From positions 702,131-766,130 of the forward strand of contig NC_134033.1 in assembly GCF_964204645.1 (NCBI RefSeq): a stretch of DNA of 64,000 nt, in the 5' to 3' direction. The DNA comes from Tubulanus polymorphus (Eukaryota; Animalia; Nemertea). Positions 51,845 through 64,000 of this stretch are shown in pieces. Within the stretch, counting starts at the first letter, position 1. Every line of letters begins with the position of its first letter. A model generated the notes under the pieces. The model made no database searches. It saw only the letters and a program-made list of their open reading frames with translations, and was not told the origin of the DNA. The position numbers were made by a program, and so were the translations under genes.

Positions 51845-52325
51845 CAGTACCCTGTGACCCTTAAAGAGGGTGCAGTACCCTGGCTCCCCTCAGAGGGTGC
51901 AGCAGTACCCTGGCTCCCCTCAGAGGGTGCAGCAGTACCCTGGCTCCCCTCAGAGGGTGCAGCAGTACCCTGGCTCCCCTCAGAGGGTGCAGCAGTACCC
52001 TGGCTCCCCTCAGAGGGTGCAGCAGTACCCTGGCTCCCCTCAGAGGGTGCAGCAGTACCCTGGCTCCCCTCAGAGGGTGCAGCAGTACCCTGGCTCCCCT
52101 CAGAGGGTGCAGCAGTACCCTGGCTCCCCTCAGAGGGTGCAGCAGTACCCTGTTACCCTTAAAGAGGGTGCAGTACCCTGGCTCCCCTCAGAGGGTGCAG
52201 CAGTACCCTGGCTCCCCTCAGAGGGTGCAGCAGTACCCTGGCTCCCCTCAGAGGGTGCAGCAGTACCCTGGCTCCCCTCAGAGGGTGCAGCAGTAACCTG
52301 GCTCCCCTCAGAGGGTGCAGTAACC
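51845..52325. repeat. 30-bp minisatellite
   Basis: (AGCAGTACCCTGGCTCCCCTCAGAGGGTGC)n. Confidence 0.93.
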
Positions 52326-52730
52326 TGCCACCAAAAAATAATCAGCGCCAATTGTTAAAGCTAGTTTCAGTAATCGATGTAAACAATGAATTGACCTTTT
52401 GGTCGAATCGAACAAAATAAAACTGGCTTAAGATAAAATATTTCACAGTCTCTGTGGGACCTGGGGGCGACTGTTAGACCCACTAGTTATATAATCAATT
52501 CATTTTTCAAAATCAGATAATTCTAATACTGCTGCGGCCAGTAGCTGAAAAATTGGTTACTGTTAACCAGTGGATTGTTGACAAGTTTATCGTTACTATG
52601 GTATTTAACCACCGGTTATCTTTAACCAACTATTCAGCGACTGCCGCCCCAGAAATCTCCAATCTGTTAAACCGAGCTACGATTCTTAAACTAAACCAAA
52701 CAAATTCTGAAACTGGAATCAAAAGCGAAT

Positions 52731-54476
52731 TTAATTCAACTCGTAATAATCATCACCGTTATCAGAAGGAAGGTTGTTACCATGGTTTCGTTTGCGATTG
52801 CGTTTCGCTTTACGTTCGATACGTTTTTGAATGCGTTCGATCTCGATTCTTTCGGGGGTTCGTCCGGCGGTCAACGGGTCGAAATCGACCAGCGTAACGA
52901 GTCGACGCGACTCCATCGACTGCAACGACTCGCGAGTCAATCCGCGACGCGTTTTTATCTGCTGCAGCGCCCCCTCGTCTAAAAGTATCGCCGATTTTAA
53001 CCGTTCGAAGAATAGATCCTTCGCGTATTGATACAGTTTAATGTCGAGGACGTTACGTTGTAACAATAGATGGCGCTGCTGTTCGGTTAAGTTCACGAAG
53101 TCGCTATGTGTTACGTTGAACTGCAGGAAGTCCTGTTTGAACGCGAGATTGAACGTTTTTTCGAACAGATATTGCGTGAACGCCTGGTACTCGGTCAGAC
53201 CGAAGAACGCTAGATCGCGTAGATTCTCCTGCGCGCTTTCTAGTAATACTCGATTCCTCGTCGATTCCTCCATCGCCGATTGGTTATAACAACCGATTCG
53301 ACTGAGATTCGCTAACATCCTCGTCTGACGGTTATACGCCAGATTCGACGGACATTTCATAAACTCATCGATCGTAACGTCCTGCCAGTTGTCGCCTTGG
53401 TAACAGAACGGCACTTCCTCGAGCGTTGCCTGGCGACCGTTGCATTGTAGGCGAGTATTTTTCCAGGTGGCGCCGCGTTCTACGTGTCTCCACTCAGAGA
53501 GGAATCGAGCGACTGGGTCTCGTAGGATCGTGATGTATAAATATCTGAAATATCAATAATTATGATTGTTTTAGCGTAGAAAACAATCTCAGCGATTTAC
53601 ACGAGAAAAACAAACCACAAAATCAGCAAAAAACATTCATAACAAATTAAATCAGTCTTTAGAAGATTAAAACATTTGGTCTAAAAGAGTCTCGAATTGG
53701 AACTGACCCACTGACAGGTCGGGCCATACTTTTCAACAGACCCCATGGGCTCAACTGTGGAAGGAGACCCACGGGCCTGCGGAATGGAACAGCATCTAGC
53801 CGCTGTTCCTCAAGGGGACTGTAACAACATATAGCATTCAGACTAGGACCAATCTACGCCCATAGGCTCGACATGGGTCAACAGGCATGGGCTTAGCCGT
53901 GAAACAGGGCCCACGGGCTGCTTACAAAATTTACCTTCTCTTTCTAGGGCTTCCTTCAACTCTATCCAGGTAATCATTAACACAATACTGTAGCTCGGTC
54001 CAATCAGCGTGGAGGCCACATTGCCACCCTGTTGAATACCGGCTAAATAACCAGATATGATCCTTTGTATTCACGCAGAAACATCGCTTACGACTAGAAC
54101 TACATCGACACGGGTTCGGTAAGTTTAAATTCTTCACCAGGTGGCGCCCGAATGTCGTTCCGCCTGTTTTTTGTATGTGTAAAAATATCAACACGTCGTC
54201 GTCGGATTCTGTGGTGAACGAGAACTTCTTCTTAACGACGGCCGGAGGGAATTGATCGCGAGGGCGTCGGCGGTCGTCGTCTCCGCGCAGGTACGCTCGT
54301 ACGTCCACGTCGTCGAGATCGCCGTTCTGTTGACTCCGTCGTCCCGGCGACAACGCGCAATATCGTTCCGGGCAGAAGAACCCGACGTAAATAAAACCGG
54401 TCGTGAAAACGAACGCGATTAAACACAGTAACAGTTTTAAACATCGTCTATCGAACATCTTACGAGGAAATGTCAT
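52731..54476 (-). CDS. HS6ST: Heparan-sulfate 6-O-sulfotransferase, ~451 aa; exons 54476-53935 and 53544-52731
   Basis: Type II TM anchor, FLHIQKTGGTTFGRHLV (5'-PSB), WLFSRYSTGWQCGLHADWTEL, YITILRDPVARFLSEWRHV (3'-PB) and NLAYNRQTRMLA. 1356 nt in frame. Confidence 0.96.
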
Positions 54477-55717
54477 CGTCACTTTCCTCCTCCTCGCCCT
54501 ACAGCAGCGTCTGTCCTCACTCTCCTCACCCTACAGCAGCGTCTGTCCTCCTCACTCTCCTCGCCCCACAGCAGCGCCGACCGCTGCTAATATCTATAAC
54601 ATCCCAGCTCCATTTTAATACGTCAAGTCATCATCTGTTTCATCAGATCGACGATATTCATCTTCATTTTCTTCCTTTCTTTCATCAGTTGCAGCAACAG
54701 CGAACAATAAGTCGCCCAGACTCAGATTTAGAGTAAACAATCAATCACACTGATTTTTAATGTTGATTTTCAGCCGGTTTTTTATCAGAAATATTCACAG
54801 TTTTCGACACAATCTTCACTTATTTCTTTCACGTATCGTTGAATAAGATTCCAGGTCCATATCTCGTTAAAATAGGTTCTAAAATTGTTTTTTTTAGCGA
54901 AGGATTCCTAGTATTTTTATCGAAGTGGCACCGGGGATTTCACATGCCGTATTCGGCAGCGGTCTGACAGGCGCCGAGGACTTTAGACGCCGTATCAGTG
55001 AGAAATCTTGACCGTCAAGTGCTGCCTCTCTACAATACGATAGCGGTTAAAGTATGAACTAAATTTATATCGCGTACCATAGCATTTTATGCCTGTTTAC
55101 CGTTTTTCAGGTATATTGAAGACTGTATTTCTTTCCATAATACCCGAAAGGTAAATTTAAAGAAGTTGGAATTTTATAACAAATAAATTCAAATAATAAC
55201 TGATATCCAGTCCGAGCATCGCTGTCAAACGCTGTGGGACAATACCCAACTATGGGTCCTCCACATTATTCTAAAGAAGAAGAAGAAGAAGAATTCCCGA
55301 TTCTAGTTTCTGCCGTTAGGTGTCACTGCTAACCCGGAAATGAAAAGCTCGTGATTTGAAAAGGAAAACTTCTTCAAAACAAAACTATCATCAGTCAGAC
55401 CGAATAAAAAGATAATAAAAACTTGCTGCGTGGAGTGTAGGTAAGACAACTGTCGTCAGTATTTAGACTTGAATTTCTCTTCAAAATAACTATATACAGT
55501 TAACGCCCCTCCTGACCTTGGCCTACCACAGCACAGCACAGGAGAAGGAGCCATCAATCGACACAGTCTGGCACTGGCAGTCACAGTCTGTAGTTGTTGT
55601 CTGCCCTGGGCTGGGAGTGAGTGACTAGAAGAGTTAGAATCCATGCTCCTCCAGTATGAGAAGGTGGCAGAAATGATTTAATGATTGAATGCACTTTTTG
55701 TTTATTTCAGATACAAA

Positions 55718-58700
55718 ATGTTGACGTCAGAAGAAGAGCCGCAGCCTCGTGAATCAGACCCTCTACTGAAATCATTCCCTCCTCCAACAGAAGGCGCAGC
55801 AGGAGGTGATGATGGCGTGGATGATGTAGTATTAACTGGTTGCGGTGGTTCTATGGCCTGTGATCCCAGGAGAGCCCTTCATAGATACCTCATTCTTATT
55901 GTCATGTGCTTCCTTAGTTTTGGTAAGTTTTCTATTAGCATTAATGACTAAAGACTTAGATATAGGACCAGTCTAAACTCACTTACCTGCAGCTGGAGAC
56001 TTGTCTTAAGTCTAAGCCCTGTCTATGGAACCGGCCCCAGGGTCCGGTTCCATAGACAGGGCTTAGACTTAAGACCAGTCTAAGACAAACTTAGTTCTAT
56101 AGCCAATCTAACAACTTAAGATCAGTCTTAAGATTTAAGACCACTTTTGGTCTTAAGTCTTGGTCCACCTGAAGTTCATTAGATAAAAGACTTAAGACCA
56201 AACCCAGTCCAAAGTTTCACTTAGGCCTAAGTCCAAATGTGGTCTTAAATCTTTAGTGGTTTGGTTAGGTGTTTGAACTGTCTTTTCTTAAATCTAAGCC
56301 GCTTTTGTGCAACCAGGCCCTAGACTGTGGTTTCAATGTTCTGAATTGTTTCTAAATTTAAATCATTTTAACTCTTAAAACTGGCTACTACTGCTGCTGC
56401 TTTCCGTGATGATAATTTTGGTTGTATTGTTATTTTTGTTAGGGAGTTATTTCTGCTATGATAATCCGGCCGCTCTACAGGATACTATGATCTGTTAATT
56501 TTGGTTGTATTGTTATTTTTGTTAGGGAGTTATTTCTGCTATGATAATCCGGCCGCTCTACAGGATACTATGATCTGTTAATTTTGGTTGTATTGTTATT
56601 TTTGTTAGGGAGTTATTTCTGCTATGATAATCCGGCCGCTCCACAGGATACTATGATCTGTTAATTTTGGTTGTATTGTTATTTTTGTTAGGGAGTTATT
56701 TCTGCTATGATAATCCGGCCGCTCCACAGGATACTATGATCTGTTAATTTTGGTTGTATTGTTATTTTTGTTAGGGAGTTATTTCTGCTATGATAATCCG
56801 GCCGCTCTACAGGATACTATGGAAGCTGATCTGGAGATCACGACCAGTCAGTTCATGTCATTTTACGCGTGGTACTCGTGGCCGAACGTGATCCTCTGTT
56901 TTTTCGGAGGGTTTTTAATCGATCGTGTTTTCGGTATTCGTCTCGGTGCTATTATATTCAGTTTATTCGTAACTGCTGGTCAGGTAAATATTCCCGTTAA
57001 ACCCCCCCCCCTCTATGTCTATTCATCCTCGCTCGGTAAATCCTCTCAAACTGAACAACAGTTTGATTGAATTAGTCTACGTAACATAGACATTTTTAGA
57101 TCACTGCTCATATGGTCAGGTAAATATCTCAAACCTTCCTGTTGTTTTAACTCTGTAACGAAGTTAAGATGGCTATCGATAGTAAATCTTATGTCAACAA
57201 CTCCTCTTCAGTTTTGAAATTGGACAGCATTGGGAGTGGTGTATTTCTAGTCTCTTGATATTTCAGGTGTTATTCGCGACTGGAGCTCTGCTGAAATCTT
57301 TATGGCTCATGGATTTAGCCCGGTTTATTTTCGGGTAAGTTTTATTGGCGCGATGGGTTACAATCCGCTTATAATGGATCTCGTCATCCTGTTAATCAAT
57401 GATGGTGTCTGGTGTTGGTGGTGAGTCTTTGGCCGTAGCTCACTAGCGACACCTGGTGGGCCCTCACTTCCCGCAGTAGCCTGTAAACTGATATTTGTAA
57501 TGATGATGATGTATTTTGTGTTTAGTGTTGGTGGTGAGTCTTTAGCCGTAGCTCACTAGCGACACCTGGTGGATCCTCACTTCCAGCAGTAGCCTATAAC
57601 TGATATTTGTAATGATGATGATGTATTTTGTGTTTAGTGTTGGTGGTGAGTCTTTAGCCGTAGCTCAGAACACGTACGCTGTTGATTGGTTTAAAGGAAA
57701 AGAATTAAACATGGTGTTTGGATTACAGTTGAGTTTCTCGCGAGTTGTAAGTATATTAGATTTAAAGTCTATTCTTTCTATTTCACCGATTTAATTCGAT
57801 ATTGAATAATGTTTGTTGTTATTTCAGGGCAGCACTGTCAATATGAACGTAATGCAACCTCTTTATAAACTGATGTCTCAGTTTTATGAAGGTTACACTT
57901 GTTTAGGAGTTACGCTATTCATCGGTAAGCGAAAAATTCATTTAATTTAGGGGGCATTTGATTACGTTGACTTGATGGATTTTGTTATTAAATTGTTCTG
58001 ATTCCGTTGTGGTTTTATTGATCATTCGGTCGCTGTAATTATTCTTGTATTTTGAACTACGATCATTTGTTGTGTCGTAATGTGAGGATAACTTCGTGAA
58101 AATTCGTGAACTTATTTATTATCAGTGAATTAATTCTAATGAAATGATGTAATATTTGTGTTTTGTTTTGTAGCTTGCGCTACTTGTATTTTCTCGTTAA
58201 TCTGTGCTCTGGTCATCGCTTATTTCGATAAAAGAGCTGAAAGAATTCTAAAGAAAGAAACTGCTGAAACCGGTAAATAAATTCCACTCTCTGATTCCAC
58301 AATCCAGTTCCACTCAGATTCCACTCTGATTCCACAATCTAGTTACACTCAGATTCCGCAATCCTGTTCCACTCAGATACCACAATCCACCTCCACAGTT
58401 GTCATCGGTCAGAACTGAGACCTGAGTGTCTACAATCTCAACAAGTTTTCGATATGTTTGTTGTTTCTATTTTAGGTGAAGTGATAAAATTGAAAGATAT
58501 TAAAGATTTTCCGTTGACAATGTGGTTGATTTGTGTGATATGTGTCGCGTATTATGTGGCTATATTTCCATTTATTGGACTCGGTTTGTAAGTATCAGCA
58601 ATGTGGGCCTAATCATCAGTCTGGGCTCAATCAACAATCTGGGCCCAATCACCAGTGTGAGCCCATCAGAAAGGTTGTTAAATGTTTACCACACTTTTCC

Positions 58701-61254
58701 CTTTATAAGACAAGGATTCAGTTTCTGGTAGTTTTTGGTATCTAATATCTGTATATAGTTGGTTTATAAGTCAAATTGTCCAATTGCTTCCAGATCCAAA
58801 GCTAGTTTTTGACTGCAGTTTGAATTAACTGATTTAAAATCAGTGAATCTTATTCTAGATTGGGTTCATCTCTTAGCCAATGGATTTATGCACCGGTTAA
58901 ATATTTATCCACTGGTTAACCATTCAGGGCTTCAGTTGCTCAAAAGTTGGTTTGAGTTTTCCAGTGGATACGTTCGACATTGCGACAGTTTAAAGTTCGT
59001 TGTAACAATAGTATATATCCACCGGTTATCTTTAACCAATTTATTTTGAAGAGCTGACCATTGACTTCTAAAGCGTGCAGCCCCTATGGAACTGGGAGGT
59101 CGTGTTGTATGTTGACTGATGATTGCGATGTTTGTATTTTTTACAGAGTGTTTTTTGAGATGAAATACACGTTTCACCCGTCGAGCGCGAACGCCGTTAA
59201 CAGTCTCGTTTATATAATCTCCGCCGCTGCTTCGCCCGTTTTCGGATTCTGTATCGATAAATCGGGCAAGAATTTATTCTGGGTTAACGCCGGAATAATT
59301 ATTACTCTCGGATGTCACGCGTGTCTCGCGTTTACGTTCATTAATCCTTACATTCCTATGGTAATTATTCTCGGATTTTATCGAGATTTAGCTGTTTATG
59401 ATCTGAATCCAGTTACACAGCTGTGAGTTCATTCTCAATTTGTTAACTCTTGGTTCCATTCATTATTCATCGCAGCTGTTGAACTGTGATTCCGGCACCA
59501 AATGCTCAAAAGTTGTTTACAGTTTACCCAGTGGATAGTTGACGTAGTAACAATTTAAAGTTCATTGTTACTATGGCAAGGGTCCGATCTAAGAAATGAA
59601 AACCATGCCCGTGCGGTAAGCTTATCGCCTGCCCCCTTAAAAATCTTGCCCTACACAAATAGTCCAATTGATGGTACAATCATCTGTCATTTCGAGTGGG
59701 AAAAAGCTTTGAGACCTAGAATTGCACTAGCCCAGTGGACTAGTGATCGTGATAACCGACTCTTGCCCTAATGAGAATTATACTTGTCCCGGAAAAGTGC
59801 CTAGGTCGGACCCTGTATGGTTATTCCCATCCTCCCTCGCCAGGGATTCGAACCTGAATGCATCGCTACACTCGGCCACGGCACGAACCCCTGCCACAGT
59901 AGACCGGGTGCGCAGCTTTGCCGCGCAAAAACTTGCGGCACCAATCAGATTGCTGCCTGTGTAGCTGCACACTCGGTCTAGTGTGGTAGGGTTTCGTACT
60001 GTTGCAATCTCGATGCCATCAGGTTCGAGTCCCTGCCGGGGGAGGATGGGTTATTTATCTGTTGGTTATCTTTAACCAACTATAGAGTAACTGCCGCCTC
60101 TCACTGATATTTGTAGAGTATAATGGGTTTAGCGTATTCGATTCTGGCCAGTGCGCTGTGGCCGATGGTTTCACTCGTCGTACCGGAATATCAATTAGGA
60201 ACCGCCTATGGCATGTGAGTATCTTATCAATATCAGTTTCTAATGCGTTACGTGCGACAGGTTTGAGAGTCGATTCTGATAATTGTTTGTCGTTTTATAG
60301 AATACAGTCCGTACAGAATTTAGGACTAGCCGTGATTTCGCTTGTGGCCGGAATTATTGTGGATGGTCACGGGTATCTCATGCTGGAGCTATTCTTCCTA
60401 GCCTGGTTGTGTTGTAAGTATCTTCAGATCTGTTTGGGCATGGAGTGTCCAGGGTGAAATCAGGGAAAGTCGGGGAAATTTATTTTCTTTAGAAAGAGTT
60501 GTGGATATTTGTTTATATTTCTAGATTGCTTGTCTTATCAAACAGTTTCCATTCTATGTTTTACGTATTTGACTTGGTGTTAATTGATCGGATTCAAGTC
60601 AAGGAAACAACTTAAGACCACAGTCTTAACACATTTATTCTAGGTCAACTCAGAGCGACATCCGAGTTGGATGGTACAGTAGAGTACTATGCCTGAGAAA
60701 CCACTTACCTTGAAAACTGGAAAAAGTCAGAGAATTTTGTTTTTGAAAAACTAAAAATCTTGGAAATGTTAGGGAAATTTGTTGAGATTGCTAGATTGCT
60801 TGTCTAATCAAACAGTTTCTGTCTATGTTTTACGCATTTTAATTGTGTTAATTAATTGGGTTTTTAGCAGATCAATTCAGGGAAAAACGGGAATAGTCAG
60901 GGGGATAAGCAAGTCAAATAAAAGTGGCCAGCCCGGGGTGTATTTAACTGTTCACGGTTTACAATGATGATATGTTTATATGTATTTCAGTGTCTCTGAT
61001 AGCTGGTGTATTATTATACCTGGTTGATGCAGCTCGCGGTGGAGTATTAAACCGTTCCGCTAGAAAGAGACGACTTCTAGAAAAAGCTTTGGAAGAGTGA
61101 GTAAAATTTTTGCCGCCGTCGAAAAAATTCGATTCAAAATTTGAGATAAAACGGATCATCAAAGACTAAAATCTGGAATCGGATAACTTTCTTGGACTCG
61201 GTTAGCTACATGTATTTCAATGTAAACATTGTTTTCAGAAAGTCAGTGAATTAA
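55718..61254 (+). CDS. MFSD1: Lysosomal MFS transporter MFSD1, 481 aa; exons 55718-55922, 56775-56983, 57267-57334, 57638-57746, 57828-57924, 58174-58272, 58476-58587, 59147-59360, 60117-60214, 60301-60413, 60991-61096, 61239-61254
   Basis: N-terminal dileucine motif (ESDPLL), FGSYFCYDNPAALQ, YAWYSWPNVILCFFGGFLIDRVFGIR and GGESLAVAQNTYAVDWFKGKELN. 1446 nt in frame; a non-coding first exon ends at 55440. Confidence 0.96.
56412..56821 (+). repeat. 83-bp x5 tandem duplication of the MFSD1 acceptor plus exon start
   Basis: Near-identical acceptors with AG at 56441, 56524, 56607, 56690 and 56773. Confidence 0.92.
59579..60051. mobile_element. tRNA-derived SINE-like insertion with two divergent Pol III heads, nested in a MITE
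   Basis: B boxes GGTTCGAATCC (- strand, ~59843-59853) and GGTTCGAGTCC (+ strand, ~60022). The two heads are inverted homologues, and the flanks rejoin into the MITE family seen intact at 52534-52650. Confidence 0.6.
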
Positions 61255-62110
61255 GAATGAACTATAAATTCCGGTAGCAGACGACCCGTCGATTTCAAAC
61301 TACAAACTCTTCCTGCTTCGTCATGGTGCTAAAACAGTTCCTATTGTTGGAAACAATAAACTGTATTGAAGATGTAAAATACAGTTATATTTCTAGTTTA
61401 TTTTGTAAATCACACTCAGTCCGGTTTAAACATTGTACAGAATAAAAATAAATATTTAATCATCTTTACTGACTGGTGCCTTTGTTTGTTTATTTTGCTT
61501 TACAAACTATAGACCTCGGGATTCGGGGCTGATTGGATTAGAAATTAATTGTAGGTTTATTAACATCAATGGACGGATCTACTGATGAAATACATCTGGA
61601 TTCAAACAGATTTTTATGTGACTTTTTTCGTGTTACATCAGGCACAAGAAATCTTTTTGCGACCGGTGCCGGCGGCGTAAATGATTTCGATATATTTTCA
61701 TTGCTTTTACACGGTGGGATTCTCCGAAAAAATTCACGGAGAATTTTCTGCGTCTTTTTGACTCAAAAGGGAATTAGATTCTTCCTGTTTCTGTGATTTT
61801 AATAAACTAATTGTTTCGTAAATATGTAATCGGAGCGGGCCTGATTTCGTTGCGCCTATTGCGCACGCTCTCTAGTTACTGCCCGGGGCGGTGAATGAGT
61901 CGCCGCGCTATATTACCGCCATCTCCAGTATCGACTCGGAGTGGCACGTTGTACTCGCCGCGGTTACCACTGCGTAGACTCTAGTTTGGTGCTCGGAGCG
62001 CTTATACCAGAGTCTTTTGCGCCATAGATCTGCGCGTACTTTAGAACTGGCCCTTCCAGGCGAGCTATGTCCCCGATTTTACATCGGTACTTAGCACAAC
62101 TAAATTCAAA

Positions 62111-62868
62111 ATGGCGGCTCTTTTAAAGAAAAGAGCTTTAGCAGAATATAGTCAAGTAATACAGGTAAAAACAGCCTCGAAATTACATCCTTTATTCGTT
62201 AGAATATAGAAATAGATTATTCAAACATATTTTATTTGTTAAAATTGAATTTGAGAGTTGAATTTCGCCGTAAAATCGATTTTAAAATGAATCTCAAATC
62301 AAGACAAATTAAATTCGAACTGTTCACTTCAATTTTATTGTCAGTCATCAATCTGATGATGATCTAGTATTGCTAAAGGTTAGATATCATTTATATGTTC
62401 ATATCTTCGGTCGGGACACCTAAACTGCAGACATACCAGTCCACAGCTTGTTGGGGCGGCGCATTCCCCAGAATGTAGTCAATAATGAGTTCACTCTTTG
62501 ATTAGTTTCATGATCGGATATTTTCAGTAATTAACTACCCGAAATATTGTTGTTTTTAGGAGGAACCGAAGCCACCCGTCAAAAGATTAAAACTAGTTCA
62601 TAAACCTCGTTTGAGCGAGTACTCGTTCGACGCGCGAGGATGTTCCAATCCTCACGAGGTGCTCGGTGTTTTATTAACTCTATCGGAGAATCTTCCACTA
62701 CCGGTCGATTCCGCTCAGAAAACAGCGGTCAGCTGATCGAACTGTTTTACAAAGAGGAATCGGTGATTAAAGTCAAGGTCGTCTCGTTACTGGGAGAATT
62801 GTGTAAAACTCCTGGTTTTAATCCGAATTCTCTCATCACTGAATTCATTACATTCCTTAAAACTGAGA
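62111..62868 (+). pseudogene. INTS4: Integrator complex subunit 4, first two exons (62111-62164, 62560-62868), frameshifted near 62725 (pseudogenic fragment or sequence error)
   Basis: MAALLKKRALAEYSQVIQ|EEPKPPVKRLKL matches the INTS4 N-terminus. The frame hits TGA at 62734-62736, while INTS4-like LIELFYKEE..KVVSLLGELCKTPGF continues in another frame. Confidence 0.7.
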
Positions 62869-63135
62869 GTAAGTTACCTTAATCTCTTTAGAGGCCTAAC
62901 AGGTCTGGACTCAGTTCTGGATCCAGTTCCACAGTTCTGGACTCAGTTCTGGATCCAGTTCCACAGTTCTGGACTCAGTTCTGGATCCAGAGTTCCACAG
63001 TTCTGGACTCAGTTCCACATGTCTTGATTCAGTCCAACAGTTCTGGACTCAATTCCAGTTACTGAACCCAGTTCCACAGTTCTGGATCCAGTTCCACATT
63101 TCTGGACTCAGTTCCACATTTCTGGACTGTGTGTA

Positions 63136-64000
63136 GTGTAGCCCCTATGGAACTGGGAGGTCGTGTTGTATGTTGACTGATGATTGCGATGTTTGTATTT
63201 TTTACAGAGTGTTTTTTGAGATGAAATACACGTTTCACCCGTCGAGCGCGAACGCCATTAACAGTCTCGTTTATATAATCTCCGCCGCTGCTTCGCCCGT
63301 TTTCGGATTCTGTATCGATAAATCGGGCAAGAATTTATTCTGGGTTAACGCCGGAATAATTATTACTCTCGGATGTCACGCGTGTCTCGCGTTTACGTTC
63401 ATTAATCCTTACATTCCTATGGTAATTATTCTCGGATTTTATCGAGATTTAGGTGTTTATGATCGGAATCCAGTTACACAGCTGTGAGTTCATTCTCAAT
63501 TTGTTAACTCTTGGTTCAATTTGTTACTCATCACAACTGTTGAACTGTGATCCCGGCACCAAATGCTCACAAATGTTGTTTACAGTTAACTAGTGGATAG
63601 TTGACATAGTGACGATTAAAAGTTCATTGTTACTACGGCAGGGTTCGATCTAAGGAATAAAAACCATTTGCCCGTGCGGTAAGCTTATCGCCTGCCCCCT
63701 CAAAAATCTTTCCCACACAGGCAGACCGATTGGTGGTACAATCATCTGTTGTATCGAGTGGGAAAAAAGCTTTGAGACCTTGAATTGCACTAGCCCAGTG
63801 GACTAGTGATCGTGATAACCGACTCTTGCCCTAATGAGAATTATACTTGTCCCGGACAAGTGCCTAGATCGGACCCTGTATGGTTATTCCCATCCTCCCT
63901 CGCCAGGGATTCGAACCTGAATGCATCGCTACACTCGGCCACGGCACGAACCCCTGCCACAGTAGACCGGGTGCGCAGCTTTGCCGCGCAAAAACTTGCG
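63136..64000 (+). other. Diverged duplicate of MFSD1 region 59075-59937 (exon copy 63208-63421 plus intron and SINE), running off the window
   Basis: Collinear near-identity at an offset of ~4061 bp. One V>I change in the exon, and more substitutions and indels in the intron. Confidence 0.92.

Noticed and set aside
54477-54482. HS6ST start as given in the ORF track
   Set aside because: That codon is GTG; the first ATG is at 54476-54474.

Overview
Gene-dense, intron-rich invertebrate (metazoan, non-vertebrate) genomic DNA. I reconstructed these genes by hand from GT-AG boundaries and frame continuity: an MS4A/CD20-like gene (+), cullin-4 (+, 17 coding exons), ARGLU1 (-), beta-carbonic anhydrase (+), a Shark/HTK16-type SH2-ankyrin tyrosine kinase (-), selenoprotein T (+), heparan-sulfate 6-O-sulfotransferase (-), MFSD1 (+) and the 5' end of INTS4 (+, frameshifted). 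SELENOT is absent from the ORF track because of its in-frame UGA, and it has a clear SECIS in a spliced 3'UTR exon. A probable spliced lncRNA lies at about 5.7-8.3 kb (-). Introns and spacers are full of minisatellites, short palindromic MITEs and tRNA-derived SINEs. Notable non-coding signals: (1) a palindromic element carrying four minimal hammerhead ribozyme motifs at 4.0-4.5 kb; (2) an array of about 29 CTCF-like motifs at 48-49.4 kb; (3) tandem 'stuttered' splice sites that create decoy, stop-containing junctions in MFSD1 and CUL4; (4) a candidate poison exon in the ARGLU1 intron that matches the vertebrate autoregulatory intron; (5) a double-headed Pol III SINE; (6) an apparent ~4.06 kb tandem duplication of the MFSD1 3' end and INTS4 5' end. 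All identifications rest on recalled family motifs. No searches were run.
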